Positions 47,377-59,584 of a stretch of 64,000 nt of DNA are shown piece after piece. The position numbers were made by a program, and so were the translations under genes. The DNA is from an uncultured Candidatus Saccharibacteria bacterium. GTDB taxonomy: Bacteria > Patescibacteriota > Minisyncoccia > Minisyncoccales > GWA2-38-27. Each line of letters opens with the position of its first letter. Positions within the stretch are counted from its first letter, which is position 1. The stretch is taken from contig CAZSQP010000001.1 of assembly GCA_964609075.1 (NCBI GenBank), positions 97,593 through 161,592 on the forward strand, given 5' to 3'. Under the pieces are notes generated by a model that searched no databases, was not told the origin of the DNA, and was given only the letters and a program-made list of their open reading frames with translations.

Positions 47377-47822
47377 TGAATTTAAATAAAGTTATACTCG
47401 TCGGCCGCTTAACTCAAGATCCTGAAATGAAAAGCACCCAGTCAGGCCAAAGCTTATGTACTTTCGGACTGGCTACAAACAGAGTTTGGACGGATTCAGA
47501 CACTAAAGAAAAACAGGAGAAAACAGAATTTCATAACATTGTTTTGTGGGGAAGATTAGCTGAAATTACTTCCCAATATCTGAACAAGGGTAATTTAGTT
47601 TTGATAGAAGGAAGAATCCAAACTAGAAACTGGGAGGATAACTCAGGAAACAAAAGGTACAGAACAGAGATTATAGGAGAAAATATTCAGTTCGGACCCA
47701 AAAATAACCAAAACTCAGCTCCTAAAAAGAAAGAGGAAAATATCCCTGTAATAGAAGAGGATTCCTCTAAAAAAGAATCTAAAGGAGACGACGATATTGA
47801 CGTTAAAGATATACCCTTTTGA
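47376..47822 (+). CDS. ssb: Single-stranded DNA-binding protein
   Basis: MNLNKVILVGRLTQDPE OB fold and an acidic C-terminal tip DDDIDVKDIPF. Confidence 0.9.
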   Translation: MNLNKVILVGRLTQDPEMKSTQSGQSLCTFGLATNRVWTDSDTKEKQEKTEFHNIVLWGRLAEITSQYLNKGNLVLIEGRIQTRNWEDNSGNKRYRTEIIGENIQFGPKNNQNSAPKKKEENIPVIEEDSSKKESKGDDDIDVKDIPF

Positions 47823-48019
47823 ACATGAACTGCTACTTCTGCCAAAGAAATATAAAGGATATTGATTTTAAGAACACAGAAGTTCTTAAAAGGTTTCTTA
47901 CAGATCTGGGAAAGATAAAACCTAGAAAGAAAACAGGTGTCTGTGCAAAACACCAAAGAAGACTGACTAAGGCTATAAAAAGAGCTAGAAATTTAGGTCT
48001 GATTAGTCCGTCAAAATAA
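47819..48019 (+). CDS. rpsR: Ribosomal protein S18
   Basis: CYFC...IDFKNTEVLKRFLTDLGKIKPRKKTGVCAKHQRRLTKAIKRAR. Confidence 0.85.
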   Translation: MNMNCYFCQRNIKDIDFKNTEVLKRFLTDLGKIKPRKKTGVCAKHQRRLTKAIKRARNLGLISPSK

Positions 48020-48050
48020 AAAACAGCTTTTTCCGAGGAGCTGTTTTTTG
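48019..48050. terminator. Bidirectional intrinsic terminator (rpsR / recA)
   Basis: aaaaacagct...agctgttttt stem with flanking A-run and T-run. Confidence 0.7.
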
Positions 48051-48061
48051 TTTTGGAAAAA

Positions 48062-49060
48062 TTAGGCCTCTTCCACTTTTTCTAAGATAGCCTTTTTTAT
48101 TTTTTCTGCTGTTTTGGAATCACCCTTCAAATAATCTTTTGAAGCTGATATTCCCTGACCTAGCTTTTTATTTTCAAACTGGTACCAGCTACCAGATTTT
48201 TTAATTATTCCTTTGGCTTCTCCCGTGTTTATCAAATCAGCAAAGTAGGAAATGCCTTCGTTATAATAAATATCAAACTCTGCCACTTTAAAAGGAGGAG
48301 CTACTTTGTTCTTTACTATTTTAGCTTTTACCCTGTTTCCTATAATATTATCTCCCTTTTTAATCTGAGCTCTTCTTCTCAAATTAATCCTAACAGAAGA
48401 ATAGAACTTTAAAGCCAAACCTCCGGAAGTTGTTTCGGGATTTCCAAACATCACGCCTATTTTCATTCTTGTCTGGTTTAGAAAGATAACAGAAGTTCTT
48501 GTCTTAGATACCACAGAAGAAAGTTTCCTTAAGGCAGAAGACATCAACCTTGCCTGAAGACCTATCTGGTACTCTCCCATATCCCCTGCAATCTCAGCTT
48601 TAGGAGCCAAAGCCGCTACAGAGTCCACTACAATAACATCGACCTCTCCTGATCTTATTAAACTTTCTGTTATCTGAAGAGCCTGTTCTCCAGAATCAGG
48701 CTGAGAGATTAAAAGATCATCAGTGTTAACCCCTATTCTTTTAGCGTACTCTGGATCTAATGCGTGTTCTGCATCTATAAAAGCTGCTACACCTCCTCTT
48801 TTTTGAGACTGTGCTAAAATATGGAGAGCCAAAGTTGTTTTTCCAGTGGATTCAGGTCCATATATCTCAACTACTCTTCCTCTGGGCACCCCTCCTACTC
48901 CCAAAGCTAAATCCAAAGAAATAGCTCCTGTGGATATAACTTCAACTTCTTTAGACTTAGCTTCTTTTAGTTTCATAATAGCTCCTTCTCCGAACTTCTG
49001 TTTTATATCATCCAAAGCTTCATCTAAATTCCCTGTTGTTTTTTTCTTCTTCTTGGCCAT
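48062..49060 (-). CDS. recA: Recombinase RecA
   Basis: [10 protein letters not shown]-loop, and L1/L2 regions. The start is set at [24 protein letters not shown]; the track ORF starts 12 codons earlier and would overlap ftsK. Confidence 0.95.
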   Translation of the reverse strand: MAKKKKKTTGNLDEALDDIKQKFGEGAIMKLKEAKSKEVEVISTGAISLDLALGVGGVPRGRVVEIYGPESTGKTTLALHILAQSQKRGGVAAFIDAEHALDPEYAKRIGVNTDDLLISQPDSGEQALQITESLIRSGEVDVIVVDSVAALAPKAEIAGDMGEYQIGLQARLMSSALRKLSSVVSKTRTSVIFLNQTRMKIGVMFGNPETTSGGLALKFYSSVRINLRRRAQIKKGDNIIGNRVKAKIVKNKVAPPFKVAEFDIYYNEGISYFADLINTGEAKGIIKKSGSWYQFENKKLGQGISASKDYLKGDSKTAEKIKKAILEKVEEA

Positions 49061-49080
49061 ATACTCTTTTCTAACATTTA

Positions 49081-52000
49081 TTATACTTTTTGCCAACCAT
49101 CTTCTTCTGACTCTTCTCCATAAACCTCTCTTGGTTTTGATCCTTCTTGAGGCCCTACTATTCCCTTTTCTTCAAGCATATCTATTAATCTAGCAGCTCT
49201 AGCATAACCTACCCTCAACCTTCTCTGGAGAAGAGAAGAAGAAGCTTTGCCAGACTCTATGACAAGCCTCTTTGCCTCTTCGTAAAGAGGTTCTTCTTCG
49301 TCAAAAAGGGAATCAGAACTTCCGCTCCCTTCAGAAGATTTTTTAGTTTCTTCTATCAATTCAGGATCCATCTCGGTTGAAAGCTGTTCTTTTTCTGTTT
49401 CTTCTTTAATATACTTTACTACTTTCTTAACTTCTTTTTCTGAGACATAAGGACCTTGAATTCTCTTCGGTTTTACCACGTCAGCTGAGAGATAAAGCAT
49501 ATCTCCCCTTCCCAGAAGCTTCTCTGCCCCAGCTGTATCTAAAACAGTTCTTGAATCAACTTGAGAAGCTACCTGAAATGTAACTCTTGAGGTAATATTA
49601 GCTTTAATTAAACCTGTAATAACTTCTACTGAGGGTCTTTGGGTGGCTAAAACCAAATGAATTCCCACAGCTCTTGCCATCTGAGCTAGTCTTACTACAG
49701 AAGCCTCAATATCTCTTCCTCTGGCTGACATAAGATCTGCTAATTCATCTATTATTAAAATAATGAAAGGGAGAGGGTTCGTACCATTGCTTAAAGCCTT
49801 TTCGTTGTAACTATGTATATTTCTTGAACCCACATCAGCCAAAACACTAAACCTCCTTTCCATCTCTCCTGTTAACCATTTTAAGGCTCCCAGAGTTTCT
49901 TCTGCCGTATAAATTATAGGACATAGAAGATGAGGAAGATCTTTATAGACAGAAAACTCTACTCTCTTGGGGTCTACCAGAATTAATCTTAAATTCTCCG
50001 GACTGGCGCTCTTAAAAGAAGTACTTGGCTGATAAAGAAGACTTAAGATTAAAGAGTTTAAATATATGGTATTGTGGTTAACAAAACCATTTCCGATAAA
50101 TGAGTCTGATCCAGGTACATAAAAATCGTATCCTTCACCAGAAGTTTTTCTAATCTTTTTAACTTTGTCCCAATAAAAATTCCTTTCTGAGATATCTTCT
50201 AACTCTTGGTATTCAGATTCATTAGAAATCGGTTTATAGAAATTTAAAATATTTTTTACAGACTGATAACTAGGCATTCTAGCTCCTGAGTTGTAACTCC
50301 TCAGACTATTAAAAGCATATTTTGGAATTTGAACACCAGATTGATATTTCCATCCCTTATTTGTTAGGTTAGCAAAACGACTACGATATTTTTTTGCCAT
50401 ATCTTTGAGCAAAGAAGAAATATTCGGTATCAAATCCCGATTTGTATTTGGAGACAAATTAAATAAGTCTTTTAACTTTTCATTTTTTTCTTTTCTTACA
50501 AAACCAATTTCCTCACTAAATTTACGTGCATCATCCCCGAAAATAGAAAGGCGATAGTATTTATTATGAGAGTATTCTTTTATCTTTTTTTCAGAAAGCG
50601 AAGAGACAATACCAAAATTTAGGAGTAAAATATGGATTTGAGAAATCAGTTTTTTACTGCTTATAGAAAGTTCAACAGCTCCTCTTCCGGTATAACCATC
50701 GTTATCAAAAAGAGCACTTAAATAAGCTTTTACTATTTCTTTGGGAGCTTCTCTGATAGCCCTAGGTATCTCTTTATTGGGAGATTTCGAAGAATCCATC
50801 CCTAGATATAATAGAAACTCTTTTAAGTGCTTACTATTGACCATTATATCGGTAGCTTTATTTTTAGGATTGGATCCACTTTTTATTTCAGTAAATCTAG
50901 AAATACCAAAAAGTTTTTTGAGGTATTTTTTATAAAGTTGTACAAGAAACTTGTCCGCTTGAGTATAAACTACTCGATGAAAGCCGTTTCCCTCTACTGA
51001 TAAACCTCCATCGGCAGTTAAAAAACCTAGAAAACGAGCTAAGCAAGGAGTTATTTTAGAAGGAAAAGAAATTTTATTATGATAACTCTTAATGTTGCTT
51101 GGTTCGAAATCAGAAATATCGGTTTTACTTCCAAATAGAGCTGGGCCGCGACTAATAGCTACATAGTCACCTTCTCTTATCAAAGACGCTGGTTTCCAGC
51201 CCTGAGAGCCATCTTTATTCATAACCCAAAGGGGATGTTCAGTCGTTGCTTCAACTTTATAACCGCGGCTTGTGATTATTTTATGAAATTTACAAATTCC
51301 ATTATTGTAGTTCTTTGCTGTTTCTTCGATCCCATCTCTTGTAACAAGCTTTATCTTAAAATTAACTTCACTATTTAAAGAGAGGGGGCACAATTCTTCA
51401 AAGTCCAACATTCCTTTTTCGGTGAACATTAAGGTATCTTTTGCGCATGTCTTACCGGTGCCGGTGGCGCCTGCTACCAGCATATGAGGCATTTTAGCCA
51501 TGTCAGCATAAACAGCATTACCAGAAACGTTTCTTCCTAAAACAATAGGCAAATCAACTGAAGAATCTTGAAATTTAGAATTCTCTATTAAACTTCCTAA
51601 TCTGACGGTAGCCCTCTCTGTATTGGGAACCTCAATTCCCACTAAAGATCTTCCGGGAATGGGAGCTTCTATTCTGATAGGATGACTTGCTAAAGAAAGG
51701 GCTAAATCGTTAGAAAGAGTAGTAATTTTAGAAAGTTTAACCCCTTCTGCTGGCTTTAAAGTATACTGGGTAACAGTAGGCCCTATATTAACCTCCGACA
51801 TAGAAACCTCTATACCGAAGTTCTCTAAGGTTTTTTTAATAATAGCTGAGTTTTCTTTAGTATCTCCACTGGTAGGAGCTCCCCTCTCTTTAGAAAGCAG
51901 ATCTATTGGGGGAGGGTTGAAAGAAAAAGTTTTGAAGCTCTTTTTCTCTTCTTTTTTAACCTCTTCCTTTTTGGGTTCTGGCTTTCTGGAAACTTCTGGA

Positions 52001-52584
52001 GCTATCTCTTTTACTTTAAACTTAGGTTTGAATATCTTTTTAATAACAGAAGGTTTTTTCTCTTCTTTTTTCTCTTCTTTTTTCTCTTTTTTCTCAGGTC
52101 TTAGAAAGTGCCAGAATATTAAACCCCCTATAAAAATAGGAGCCAAAAAAATGAAGAAAGTAGCCCAAAAGCCAAAATACTTCAAAAAGAGCCAGCTTAA
52201 ACCATATCCTGCTATTCCTCCAAATCTTGCCCCAGAGTTAAAAGATCCCAATATGCCTGTTACTCCGGTGACTAAAAGAAAGACAGCTAGAAGAACCGGC
52301 CAAAAAAGAGTTCTGTCTTTTTTGAAGAGTTCAAAATCATACTTTTTACTTATTAAAACTAGTCCCCCTAGGATAAAAATCAAAGGGAAGACAAATATAG
52401 TTTCTCCTATTAAAAATCTGCCCCATTCCATAAAGGTTTTTCCGGCAACTCCTGCTTTTCCAAAAAAACTCAGAGCTATTAAAATAGCTAAAAGAATCAT
52501 CAAAACCCCAAAAATAGCTTGTTTGGTATAGTTTGGAAGAGTAAACCTCTTCTTCTTTTTAGAAGATTTCTTTTTCTTTGCCAC
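49081..52584 (-). CDS. ftsK: DNA translocase FtsK/SpoIIIE interrupted by an intein
   Basis: N-terminal TM segments, a KE-rich linker, and a motor domain whose Walker A ([10 protein letters not shown]) is followed by an insertion. It also has LIIDELADL Walker B and a gamma winged-helix domain ([21 protein letters not shown]). Confidence 0.9.
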   Translation of the reverse strand: MAKKKKSSKKKKRFTLPNYTKQAIFGVLMILLAILIALSFFGKAGVAGKTFMEWGRFLIGETIFVFPLIFILGGLVLISKKYDFELFKKDRTLFWPVLLAVFLLVTGVTGILGSFNSGARFGGIAGYGLSWLFLKYFGFWATFFIFLAPIFIGGLIFWHFLRPEKKEKKEEKKEEKKPSVIKKIFKPKFKVKEIAPEVSRKPEPKKEEVKKEEKKSFKTFSFNPPPIDLLSKERGAPTSGDTKENSAIIKKTLENFGIEVSMSEVNIGPTVTQYTLKPAEGVKLSKITTLSNDLALSLASHPIRIEAPIPGRSLVGIEVPNTERATVRLGSLIENSKFQDSSVDLPIVLGRNVSGNAVYADMAKMPHMLVAGATGTGKTCAKDTLMFTEKGMLDFEELCPLSLNSEVNFKIKLVTRDGIEETAKNYNNGICKFHKIITSRGYKVEATTEHPLWVMNKDGSQGWKPASLIREGDYVAISRGPALFGSKTDISDFEPSNIKSYHNKISFPSKITPCLARFLGFLTADGGLSVEGNGFHRVVYTQADKFLVQLYKKYLKKLFGISRFTEIKSGSNPKNKATDIMVNSKHLKEFLLYLGMDSSKSPNKEIPRAIREAPKEIVKAYLSALFDNDGYTGRGAVELSISSKKLISQIHILLLNFGIVSSLSEKKIKEYSHNKYYRLSIFGDDARKFSEEIGFVRKEKNEKLKDLFNLSPNTNRDLIPNISSLLKDMAKKYRSRFANLTNKGWKYQSGVQIPKYAFNSLRSYNSGARMPSYQSVKNILNFYKPISNESEYQELEDISERNFYWDKVKKIRKTSGEGYDFYVPGSDSFIGNGFVNHNTIYLNSLILSLLYQPSTSFKSASPENLRLILVDPKRVEFSVYKDLPHLLCPIIYTAEETLGALKWLTGEMERRFSVLADVGSRNIHSYNEKALSNGTNPLPFIILIIDELADLMSARGRDIEASVVRLAQMARAVGIHLVLATQRPSVEVITGLIKANITSRVTFQVASQVDSRTVLDTAGAEKLLGRGDMLYLSADVVKPKRIQGPYVSEKEVKKVVKYIKEETEKEQLSTEMDPELIEETKKSSEGSGSSDSLFDEEEPLYEEAKRLVIESGKASSSLLQRRLRVGYARAARLIDMLEEKGIVGPQEGSKPREVYGEESEEDGWQKV
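50071..51447 (-). mobile_element. Class-1 intein (459 aa) with LAGLIDADG homing-endonuclease domain, inserted in the FtsK P-loop
   Basis: Residues 380-838. It starts at Cys (GKT|CAKDTLMF) and has block B TTEHPLW. LAGLIDADG motifs [13 protein letters not shown] and [12 protein letters not shown] are present. It ends FVNHN|T, with +1 Thr. I verified the codons directly (tgc at 51445-51447; aat at 50071-50073). Confidence 0.85.
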
Positions 52585-52598
52585 CTATAAGAAAGGAC

Positions 52599-55500
52599 TT
52601 AAGTTTTTTTAAACCCTGTACCCGCAGGTATCAGTTTACCTATTATAACATTTTCTTTAAGTCCTCTCAATTTGTCTTCCTTTCCTTCAAGAGAAGCTTT
52701 TATCAAAACTCTTGAGGTCTCTTGAAAGGAAGCAGCAGAAAGGAAAGAGTCTGTACTCAAAGCTACTCGCGAAATTCCCAAAAGAATATTTTTTCCTGTG
52801 GCAGGCTTTTTCTTTTCTTTTTTCATCTTTTCGTTCTCTTCTAAAAGTCTGGCATTTTCTACAACTTCTCCGGTAGTAAGAAGAGTGTCTCCAGGGTCTT
52901 TAATTTTGACTCTAGAGAACATCTGTCTTATTGCCACCTCAACATGCTTGTCATGAATAACAGCTCCTTGAGAAACATAAATCTTCTGTATCTCCCGAAG
53001 GATATAGTCTTGAGTATTTTCCTTGCCTGTAAGTCTAAAGAGCTCTTTGATATTAAGATTTCCCTCGTAAAGCTTCTGTCCCTTTTCAACCTGCTCTCCT
53101 TTCTTAACCAAAATAGCTTTATTTGGAGACACTTTGTACTCTAAAAGATCTTTCTTTGACTTCTTATCCTTTGGCATTATTTTTAAGACTCTGTCCGGGG
53201 TAATTTCTGTTACCTTACCTTCTACCTTAGAAACCTCTGCTCTACCTTTTGGATTCCTGGCCTCAAAAATCTCCTGTACTCTAGGAAGGCCGAAAGTGAT
53301 ATCTTCTCCTCCAGCAACACCTCCTGTATGAAAGGTCCTCATGGTAAGCTGAGTTCCAGGCTCTCCAATAGCTTGAGCTGCTACAATACCTACAGCAGTT
53401 CCCTTCTCAACAACCTTGTTCTTGCCAAAATCCCAACCATAACATTTACGACAAACTCCTCTTTTTGATTTACATGTCAGAGGCGTTCTTACTCTAACTT
53501 TTTCTATTCCCTTATCTATTATTTCCTGTCCCTTTTCCCAATCTATTATCTCTCCTTTTTTAACAATAGTTTTAGTACCGCCTTTCTTAGTCTTACCCTT
53601 TATATTCTCCAGAGATGTCCTTCCTACTATCTTAAAGAGAAAGTTCTGACCTATATCATCAGCTTCTCTTCTGAATATTTCTTTTCCTTCTTTGTCCCCA
53701 CAATCTTCATCTGAAACAATAACTTCGTGGGCTACATCGATAAGTCTTCGAGTAAGATAACCTGCCGTAGAAGTTCTTAAGGCTGTGTCAGCTGTTCCTT
53801 TTCTGGCTCCATGAGTAGAGATAAAGTATTCTAATACATCAAAACCTTCTTTAAAGGAGCTTATTACGGGTAGTTCTATAATTTGCCCTGCCGGATTAAT
53901 AACTAAGCCTTTCATACCAGCCATTTGGACGGGCTGAGACCAACTTCCTCTGGCTCCAGAATCTACAATTGTAAAAATAGAACTTGATTTTTTTAATCTC
54001 TCTGGAACAAGCTTTTCTATCTTCAATTTAGTTCTTGTCCAGACCTCAATAATCTTGCTCCTTCTTTCCTCTAGAGAAAAGAGGCCTCTTTTAAAATGCT
54101 TCTCAATAGCCTCTACCTCTTTTTCAGCTTCCTCTATAATTTCTTTTTTATTCTCTGGTATTATTAAATCAGTCATACCCCAGGTAACACCGGAAACTGT
54201 AGAGCTTTCAAATCCTAAATTTTTTATCTTATCTAAAGTGTCTTCAATCGTTTCCTGGTCGTATTTAGCTACTACATCACTCACTATGCTTTCTATAGAT
54301 TTGGATCTCATTACTCCATTAACAAAGGAGTAGTCCTCAGGAAGAGACTGATTGAATCTGATTCTGCCCAAAGAAGTCTCTATAACTTTATCTGAAACCC
54401 TTACCTTTATCTTTGCTCTTAAATCTAAACCTCCAAACTCATGAGCTACCTCTGCTTCTCTATAATCAGAGAACATTTTGCCTTCTCCTTTGGCTCCTTC
54501 TTCTATTTTAGTTATCCAATAACATCCCAAAACTATATCCTGGGTAGGAGCTACGATAGGAAGACCTGTAGCGGGTTTTAAAAGATTGTAGGAAGAAAGC
54601 ATTCTCTCTTTAGCTTCTTTCTGGGCTTCTTTAGATAGAGGAACATGAACTGCCATTTGATCTCCATCAAAGTCAGCGTTAAAGGCTTTACAGACTAAAG
54701 GATGTAGTCTGATTGATTCTCCCTCTGTTAAAACAGGCTGGAAGGCTTGAATACCCAAACGGTGAAGAGTCGGGGCTCTATTTAAAAGAACGTATTTGTT
54801 TTCTACAACTTCTTCCAACAATGCCCAGACCTCATCTGTCTCCTGTTCTATCAATCTAGAAGCTCCTCTGACATTGTAAGCTAGCTCTTTGTCCAAAATC
54901 TTTTCTATAACAAAAGGTTTAAAGAGCTCTAGAGCCATCTTTTTAGGAAGACCACACTGGTGTAACTTTAACTCCGGTCCTACTACGATAACAGAACGTC
55001 CCGAGTAATCCACTCTCTTCCCTAAAAGATTCTGCCTAAATCTTCCTTGTTTTCCCTTAAGCATATCAGCTAAAGATTTCAGTAATCTTTTACCTCCAGT
55101 AGTAGCTGTAGTTAAAATCCCTTTTCTCATTCCATTATCTATTAAAGCATCTACTGCCTCCTGAAGCATTCTTTTTTCGTTTTTGACTATAACTCCTGGA
55201 GCTCCTATTTCCAATAAGTACTTTAACCTGTTATTTCTGTTTATCACTCTCCTATACAAGTCATTTAAATCAGAGGAAGCATACCTCCCCCCATCTAACT
55301 GAACCATAGGCCTTAAATCGGGTGGAAGCACTGGAAGCACTGTAAGAAACATCCATTCTGGCTTAAGTTTAGCCTCATCTAGAGCCTGATAAAGCTTTAA
55401 CCTTCTCAATATTTTCTTCTTTGAAGCTGAACTTGCTTCTTCAACTTCTTTTTTAAGCTCTTTCATCTTTTTTTTGATATTAATATCTTCAAATATCTTT

Positions 55501-56171
55501 CTTAATGTTTCAGCTCCGGTACCAGCTTCAAAAACCTCTCCATAGTCTAAAGAAAGATCGTGATATTCAATTTCAGAGAGAACCCTCAAAGGAATTATTT
55601 TAGAAACTTCTTCTTTGGTATTATCTCTTTCTTTTTTAAGATCCTCTAAGGCTTTTTTTAATTCCTTTTTCTTTTTAACTTCTGCCTTTTTCTTTTTAAC
55701 TTCTTGTTTGTACTCCTTGTCTATTCTGTCCAGAACCTCTTTCCTGGCCTCTTCATCCACTGAAGTTATGATATAGGAGGCAAAATAAATTACTTTCTCC
55801 AATTGCTGCATAGGTACCCCCAAAACCATTCCTATCCTTGAAGGAATACCTCTTAAAAACCAAATATGCGAAACTGGACAGGCTAATTTAATATGCCCCA
55901 TTCTTTCTCTCCTGACAGAAGACTTGGTTACTTCCACTCCGCATCTGTCACAAATAACACCCTTGTATCTGATTCTTTTGTATTTTCCGCAGTAGCATTC
56001 ATAGTCTTTCTCCGGCCCAAAAATTCTTTCGTCAAAAAGTCCGTCTTTCTCGGCTTTTTGAGTTCTGTAGTTTATGGTTTCAGGCTTGGTAACTTCGCCA
56101 AAGCTCCAATCCAAAATCTCTTCTGGAGAGGACAGCTTTATCCTTATAGATTTTAAATCTTCTACTCTCAT
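52599..56171 (-). CDS. rpoC: DNA-directed RNA polymerase subunit beta'
   Basis: Zinc motif [23 protein letters not shown] and the catalytic [12 protein letters not shown]. 1190 aa. Confidence 0.95.
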   Translation of the reverse strand: MRVEDLKSIRIKLSSPEEILDWSFGEVTKPETINYRTQKAEKDGLFDERIFGPEKDYECYCGKYKRIRYKGVICDRCGVEVTKSSVRRERMGHIKLACPVSHIWFLRGIPSRIGMVLGVPMQQLEKVIYFASYIITSVDEEARKEVLDRIDKEYKQEVKKKKAEVKKKKELKKALEDLKKERDNTKEEVSKIIPLRVLSEIEYHDLSLDYGEVFEAGTGAETLRKIFEDINIKKKMKELKKEVEEASSASKKKILRRLKLYQALDEAKLKPEWMFLTVLPVLPPDLRPMVQLDGGRYASSDLNDLYRRVINRNNRLKYLLEIGAPGVIVKNEKRMLQEAVDALIDNGMRKGILTTATTGGKRLLKSLADMLKGKQGRFRQNLLGKRVDYSGRSVIVVGPELKLHQCGLPKKMALELFKPFVIEKILDKELAYNVRGASRLIEQETDEVWALLEEVVENKYVLLNRAPTLHRLGIQAFQPVLTEGESIRLHPLVCKAFNADFDGDQMAVHVPLSKEAQKEAKERMLSSYNLLKPATGLPIVAPTQDIVLGCYWITKIEEGAKGEGKMFSDYREAEVAHEFGGLDLRAKIKVRVSDKVIETSLGRIRFNQSLPEDYSFVNGVMRSKSIESIVSDVVAKYDQETIEDTLDKIKNLGFESSTVSGVTWGMTDLIIPENKKEIIEEAEKEVEAIEKHFKRGLFSLEERRSKIIEVWTRTKLKIEKLVPERLKKSSSIFTIVDSGARGSWSQPVQMAGMKGLVINPAGQIIELPVISSFKEGFDVLEYFISTHGARKGTADTALRTSTAGYLTRRLIDVAHEVIVSDEDCGDKEGKEIFRREADDIGQNFLFKIVGRTSLENIKGKTKKGGTKTIVKKGEIIDWEKGQEIIDKGIEKVRVRTPLTCKSKRGVCRKCYGWDFGKNKVVEKGTAVGIVAAQAIGEPGTQLTMRTFHTGGVAGGEDITFGLPRVQEIFEARNPKGRAEVSKVEGKVTEITPDRVLKIMPKDKKSKKDLLEYKVSPNKAILVKKGEQVEKGQKLYEGNLNIKELFRLTGKENTQDYILREIQKIYVSQGAVIHDKHVEVAIRQMFSRVKIKDPGDTLLTTGEVVENARLLEENEKMKKEKKKPATGKNILLGISRVALSTDSFLSAASFQETSRVLIKASLEGKEDKLRGLKENVIIGKLIPAGTGFKKT

Positions 56172-59100
56172 ATTTTTTTAATTTCTACTCCTAACCCCAG
56201 AGATTTAAGCTCTGAAACTAAAAGATTAAAGGAAGCAGGTACGTTTGGACTTCTCACTGTTTCTCCTTTAAGGATAGCTTCGTAAGTTTTAGCTCTTCCT
56301 GTCACATCGTCTGACTTTATAGTAAGCATCTCCTGAAGACTGTGAGCTGCTCCATATCCTTCTAAAGCCCAAACCTCCATCTCACCAAACCTTTGACCTC
56401 CAAACTGAGCTTTTCCTCCCAAAGGTTGCTGGGTAATAAGAGAGTAAGGCCCGATAGATCTCATATGTATTTTATCTTCTACCATATGGACAAGCTTTAA
56501 CATATACATATAGCCAACAGTAATTTTCTCTGGCAAGGGAAATCCTGTTCTTCCATCATATAAGGTAAACTTGCCGTCTTCTGAAAAACCTGCTTTCTTG
56601 AGTTCTTCTTTTATATCTTCTTCTTTTGCCCCAGACATAGAAGGTGTCTCTGCTAGATAATTTAACTCGTAAGCTGCCATACCTAAATGAGTTTCTAGGA
56701 TCTGCCCTATGTTCATTCTAGAAGCTACACCTAAAGGATTTAGAATAATATCTACTGGGGTACCGTCTTCCAAGAATGGCATTTCTTCTTCCGGAACCAC
56801 CCTAGAGATAACTCCTTTATTTCCATGACGTCCAGCTAGTTTGTCTCCTGCTTGGATCTTCCTTGTTTGAGCCACCCGAACCTCAACTCTCTTTAAAATA
56901 CCAGGCTCTAACTTGTGCCCTTTATCTCTTGAAAATATTTTAACCCCTACTACTCTTCCTCTCTTACCGTGTTCCATAGTTAAAGAACTATCTTTAACAT
57001 CTCTTGCCTTTTCTCCAAAAATAGCTCTTAATAATCTTTCTTCTGCTGTCAGGCCTGCTTCTCCTTTGGGAGATATCTTGCCTACTAAAATATCGTTAGG
57101 ACCTACTTCAGCTCCAACCCTGACAATACCTTCCTCGTCTAAATCTTTCAGTTTTTCTTCTGAAACATTAGGAATATCGGAGGTAGTTATTTCCGGACCA
57201 AGTTTGGTATTTCTGACATCACAGGTAAAGTTTTCTATATGAATAGAGGAAAAATATTCTTTTTTAACTAATCTCTCTGAAATTATAATAGCGTCTTCAA
57301 AGTTGGATCCCTGCCAAGAGAGAAAAGCTACCAAAACGTTCTGCCCCAAAGCAAGTCTTCCTTTATCAATAGCTCCCCCGTCTGCCAGAAGCTCTCCCTT
57401 AGAAACCTTCTGTCCTTTCTTAACAGCTGGCCTTTGGTGAAAACAAGTATACTGGTTAGTTCTCATAAAGACATTCAAATCATATCTTCTAGTCCTTCCC
57501 TTTTTGTTCTTTACCTCTATATGGCTAGCATCTACTTCTGAAATAGTTCCTGATTCTTCTGCAAAAATCGCCTGACCTGAGTCTTTAGCTACTGTCTTCT
57601 CAACTCCTGTTCCTACCAAAGGAGCTTCGGGATGAACTAAAGGCACTGCTTGCCTCTGCATATTAGATCCCATCAAAGCCCTGTTAGCATCATCATTTTG
57701 TAAAAATGGTATTAAGGAAGTAGCCACAGAAAAACACTGCTCAGGAGAAACATCTATATAGTCTATTTTATCTACAGCAACGATCCCCGGAGCCCCTTTT
57801 ATTCTAGCTTCTATTTTGTTAGGAGGAATCTGGGGTTCTATTTTTCCGTTTTTGTCTACAGAAGTTCCTCCATGAGCTATATTAAACTTTTCGCCTTCAA
57901 AAGCATTTAAAAACTCTATTTTAGAAGTAACTTTCCCCTTTTTTACCTTATAATAAGGAGTTTCTAAAAATCCATATCTGTTTACAGAAGCAAAAGAAGC
58001 TAAATGATTAACCAATCCTATATTAGGACCTTCTGGTGTTTGAATAGGACAAATTCTTCCATAATGAGAAGGTTGGACGTCTCTTACCTCAAATCCAGCT
58101 CTCTCTCTGGTCAAGCCACCAGGCCCTGTAGCAGATAATCTTCTTTTATGCTCTAACTCTGCTAGAGGATTTTCGTTGTCCATAAACTGACATAGTTGAG
58201 AAGAGGTGTAAAACTCTCTTATAACAGCCATTACTGGCCTTGGATTAACCAACTGGTTGGGAGTCATAGTATGAGGATCTAGAGTAGACATTCTGTCTTT
58301 AATAATTCTTTCAGCTCTCATCAAGCCGACTCTCAATCTATTTTGCAAGAGCTCCGCAACAGTCCTTATCCTTCTGTTTCCTAAATGGTCTATCTGGTCA
58401 GGCTTTCCTTCAGGATCGTTATTCAATCTTACAATCTCTCTCATTACAGCTAAAACATCTTCTGCTTTAAGAGTTCTGTCTTCGGGCTTAATTTCTACAT
58501 CCTCTTTTTTGGGCGCCAGCTCTTCCAACCTTCTTCCCATTCTCCATCTTCCTACCTCTGATAAATCATATCTGTCAAAATTAAAGAAAGTATTTTCAAT
58601 GAGCTCTCTAGCAGTATCCGGCGTTACCATATCCCCGGGCCTAAGTCTCTTGTAGATTTCCACCAAAGCCTCTCCTTGATCTTTAGTTTCATCTTTCTCC
58701 AGAGTCTTTTTAATATAATCTACTTCGCTCTCTTTTGTTAAGTCCTTAAACTTCTTTTCAATTTCCTCGTCTGTCCAGCCACCTAAAGCTTTTAATAAAG
58801 TGGTGGAAGCCACTTTTCTTTTCCTGTCCACTTTTACTCCTATAAAACCAGATGCGTCTGTTTCAAATTCAAGCCAGGCACCTCTGTTTGGTATTATCTT
58901 AGCTCCAAAGACTTCTCTTCCTTGAACTGTCCTTGAAGTAAAGAAAGCTCCAGGAGAACGGATAAGCTGGGCTATGGCCACTCTTTCCACTCCATTAATA
59001 ATAAAAGTCCCCCTTTCTGTCATAAGGGGAAAGTCTGCTAAATAGATTTCCTGCTCTTTTTCTTCTTTTGTTTTAAGATTTACAAGTTTAACCTTTACCT

Positions 59101-59353
59101 TTAAAGAGGCTTCAAAAGACTCGTTGTTCTCCTTTGCCTCTATATCTGTCTTTCTTTTAGGCTGATCGAGTTTGTAGTCTGTAAACCAAAGCTCAAATTC
59201 CTCTCCAGTGTGGTCTTTAATAGGAAAGATCTCAGAGAAAAGATCTTTTACCCCTTTGTCCCAAAACCACTGCCAGCTTTTCTTCTGAAGGGTAAGAAGA
59301 TAAGGTCTGTCTAGAGAAACTTGGGATCTAGAAAAGTTTTTTATTTTAGTCAT
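56168..59353 (-). CDS. rpoB: DNA-directed RNA polymerase subunit beta
   Basis: Conserved [26 protein letters not shown] and rifampicin-region-like segments. It overlaps rpoC by 4 nt. Confidence 0.95.
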   Translation of the reverse strand: MTKIKNFSRSQVSLDRPYLLTLQKKSWQWFWDKGVKDLFSEIFPIKDHTGEEFELWFTDYKLDQPKRKTDIEAKENNESFEASLKVKVKLVNLKTKEEKEQEIYLADFPLMTERGTFIINGVERVAIAQLIRSPGAFFTSRTVQGREVFGAKIIPNRGAWLEFETDASGFIGVKVDRKRKVASTTLLKALGGWTDEEIEKKFKDLTKESEVDYIKKTLEKDETKDQGEALVEIYKRLRPGDMVTPDTARELIENTFFNFDRYDLSEVGRWRMGRRLEELAPKKEDVEIKPEDRTLKAEDVLAVMREIVRLNNDPEGKPDQIDHLGNRRIRTVAELLQNRLRVGLMRAERIIKDRMSTLDPHTMTPNQLVNPRPVMAVIREFYTSSQLCQFMDNENPLAELEHKRRLSATGPGGLTRERAGFEVRDVQPSHYGRICPIQTPEGPNIGLVNHLASFASVNRYGFLETPYYKVKKGKVTSKIEFLNAFEGEKFNIAHGGTSVDKNGKIEPQIPPNKIEARIKGAPGIVAVDKIDYIDVSPEQCFSVATSLIPFLQNDDANRALMGSNMQRQAVPLVHPEAPLVGTGVEKTVAKDSGQAIFAEESGTISEVDASHIEVKNKKGRTRRYDLNVFMRTNQYTCFHQRPAVKKGQKVSKGELLADGGAIDKGRLALGQNVLVAFLSWQGSNFEDAIIISERLVKKEYFSSIHIENFTCDVRNTKLGPEITTSDIPNVSEEKLKDLDEEGIVRVGAEVGPNDILVGKISPKGEAGLTAEERLLRAIFGEKARDVKDSSLTMEHGKRGRVVGVKIFSRDKGHKLEPGILKRVEVRVAQTRKIQAGDKLAGRHGNKGVISRVVPEEEMPFLEDGTPVDIILNPLGVASRMNIGQILETHLGMAAYELNYLAETPSMSGAKEEDIKEELKKAGFSEDGKFTLYDGRTGFPLPEKITVGYMYMLKLVHMVEDKIHMRSIGPYSLITQQPLGGKAQFGGQRFGEMEVWALEGYGAAHSLQEMLTIKSDDVTGRAKTYEAILKGETVRSPNVPASFNLLVSELKSLGLGVEIKKI

Positions 59354-59497
59354 TGTAAATACAAAAAGTTCCCCATTCTAAGAGGGTTTAAAGTAATAAA
59401 TTTAACTTTAGGAAAAAGGGCTGTATTTATACATAAAAGGGAGATATTCAAAATAAAATACCTCCAGAATAATTTCCGAAAAAGCTACTAGTTATTA

Positions 59498-59525
59498 ATT
59501 TTATTCATTTTAGAAAATTTGTCAA
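59498..59525 (-). promoter_or_regulatory. Putative rpoBC promoter
   Basis: On the - strand: TTGACA (59520-59525), 16 nt spacer, TAAAAT (59498-59503), leaving a leader of about 140 nt. Confidence 0.45.
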
Positions 59526-59584
59526 GGCCAAATTCCCTAACTGCTACTATATCACAGCTAAAAACAATAATCAACTGTGGAAAA

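Noticed and set aside
49061-49096. Apparent 16-nt overlap between recA and the ftsK 3' end
   Set aside because: This is an artefact of choosing the most upstream ATG. The second Met ([11 protein letters not shown]...) aligns with RecA N-termini and removes the overlap.
52054-52095. Short tandem ctcttctttttt-type repetition that might be a microsatellite
   Set aside because: It encodes the in-frame [14 protein letters not shown] low-complexity linker of FtsK. It is coding low complexity, not a non-coding repeat element.
51917-52531. 204-aa + strand ORF antisense to the ftsK N-terminus
   Set aside because: It is low-complexity (S/F/K-rich), a mirror image of the KE-rich FtsK linker and TM region. 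It has no independent signals.
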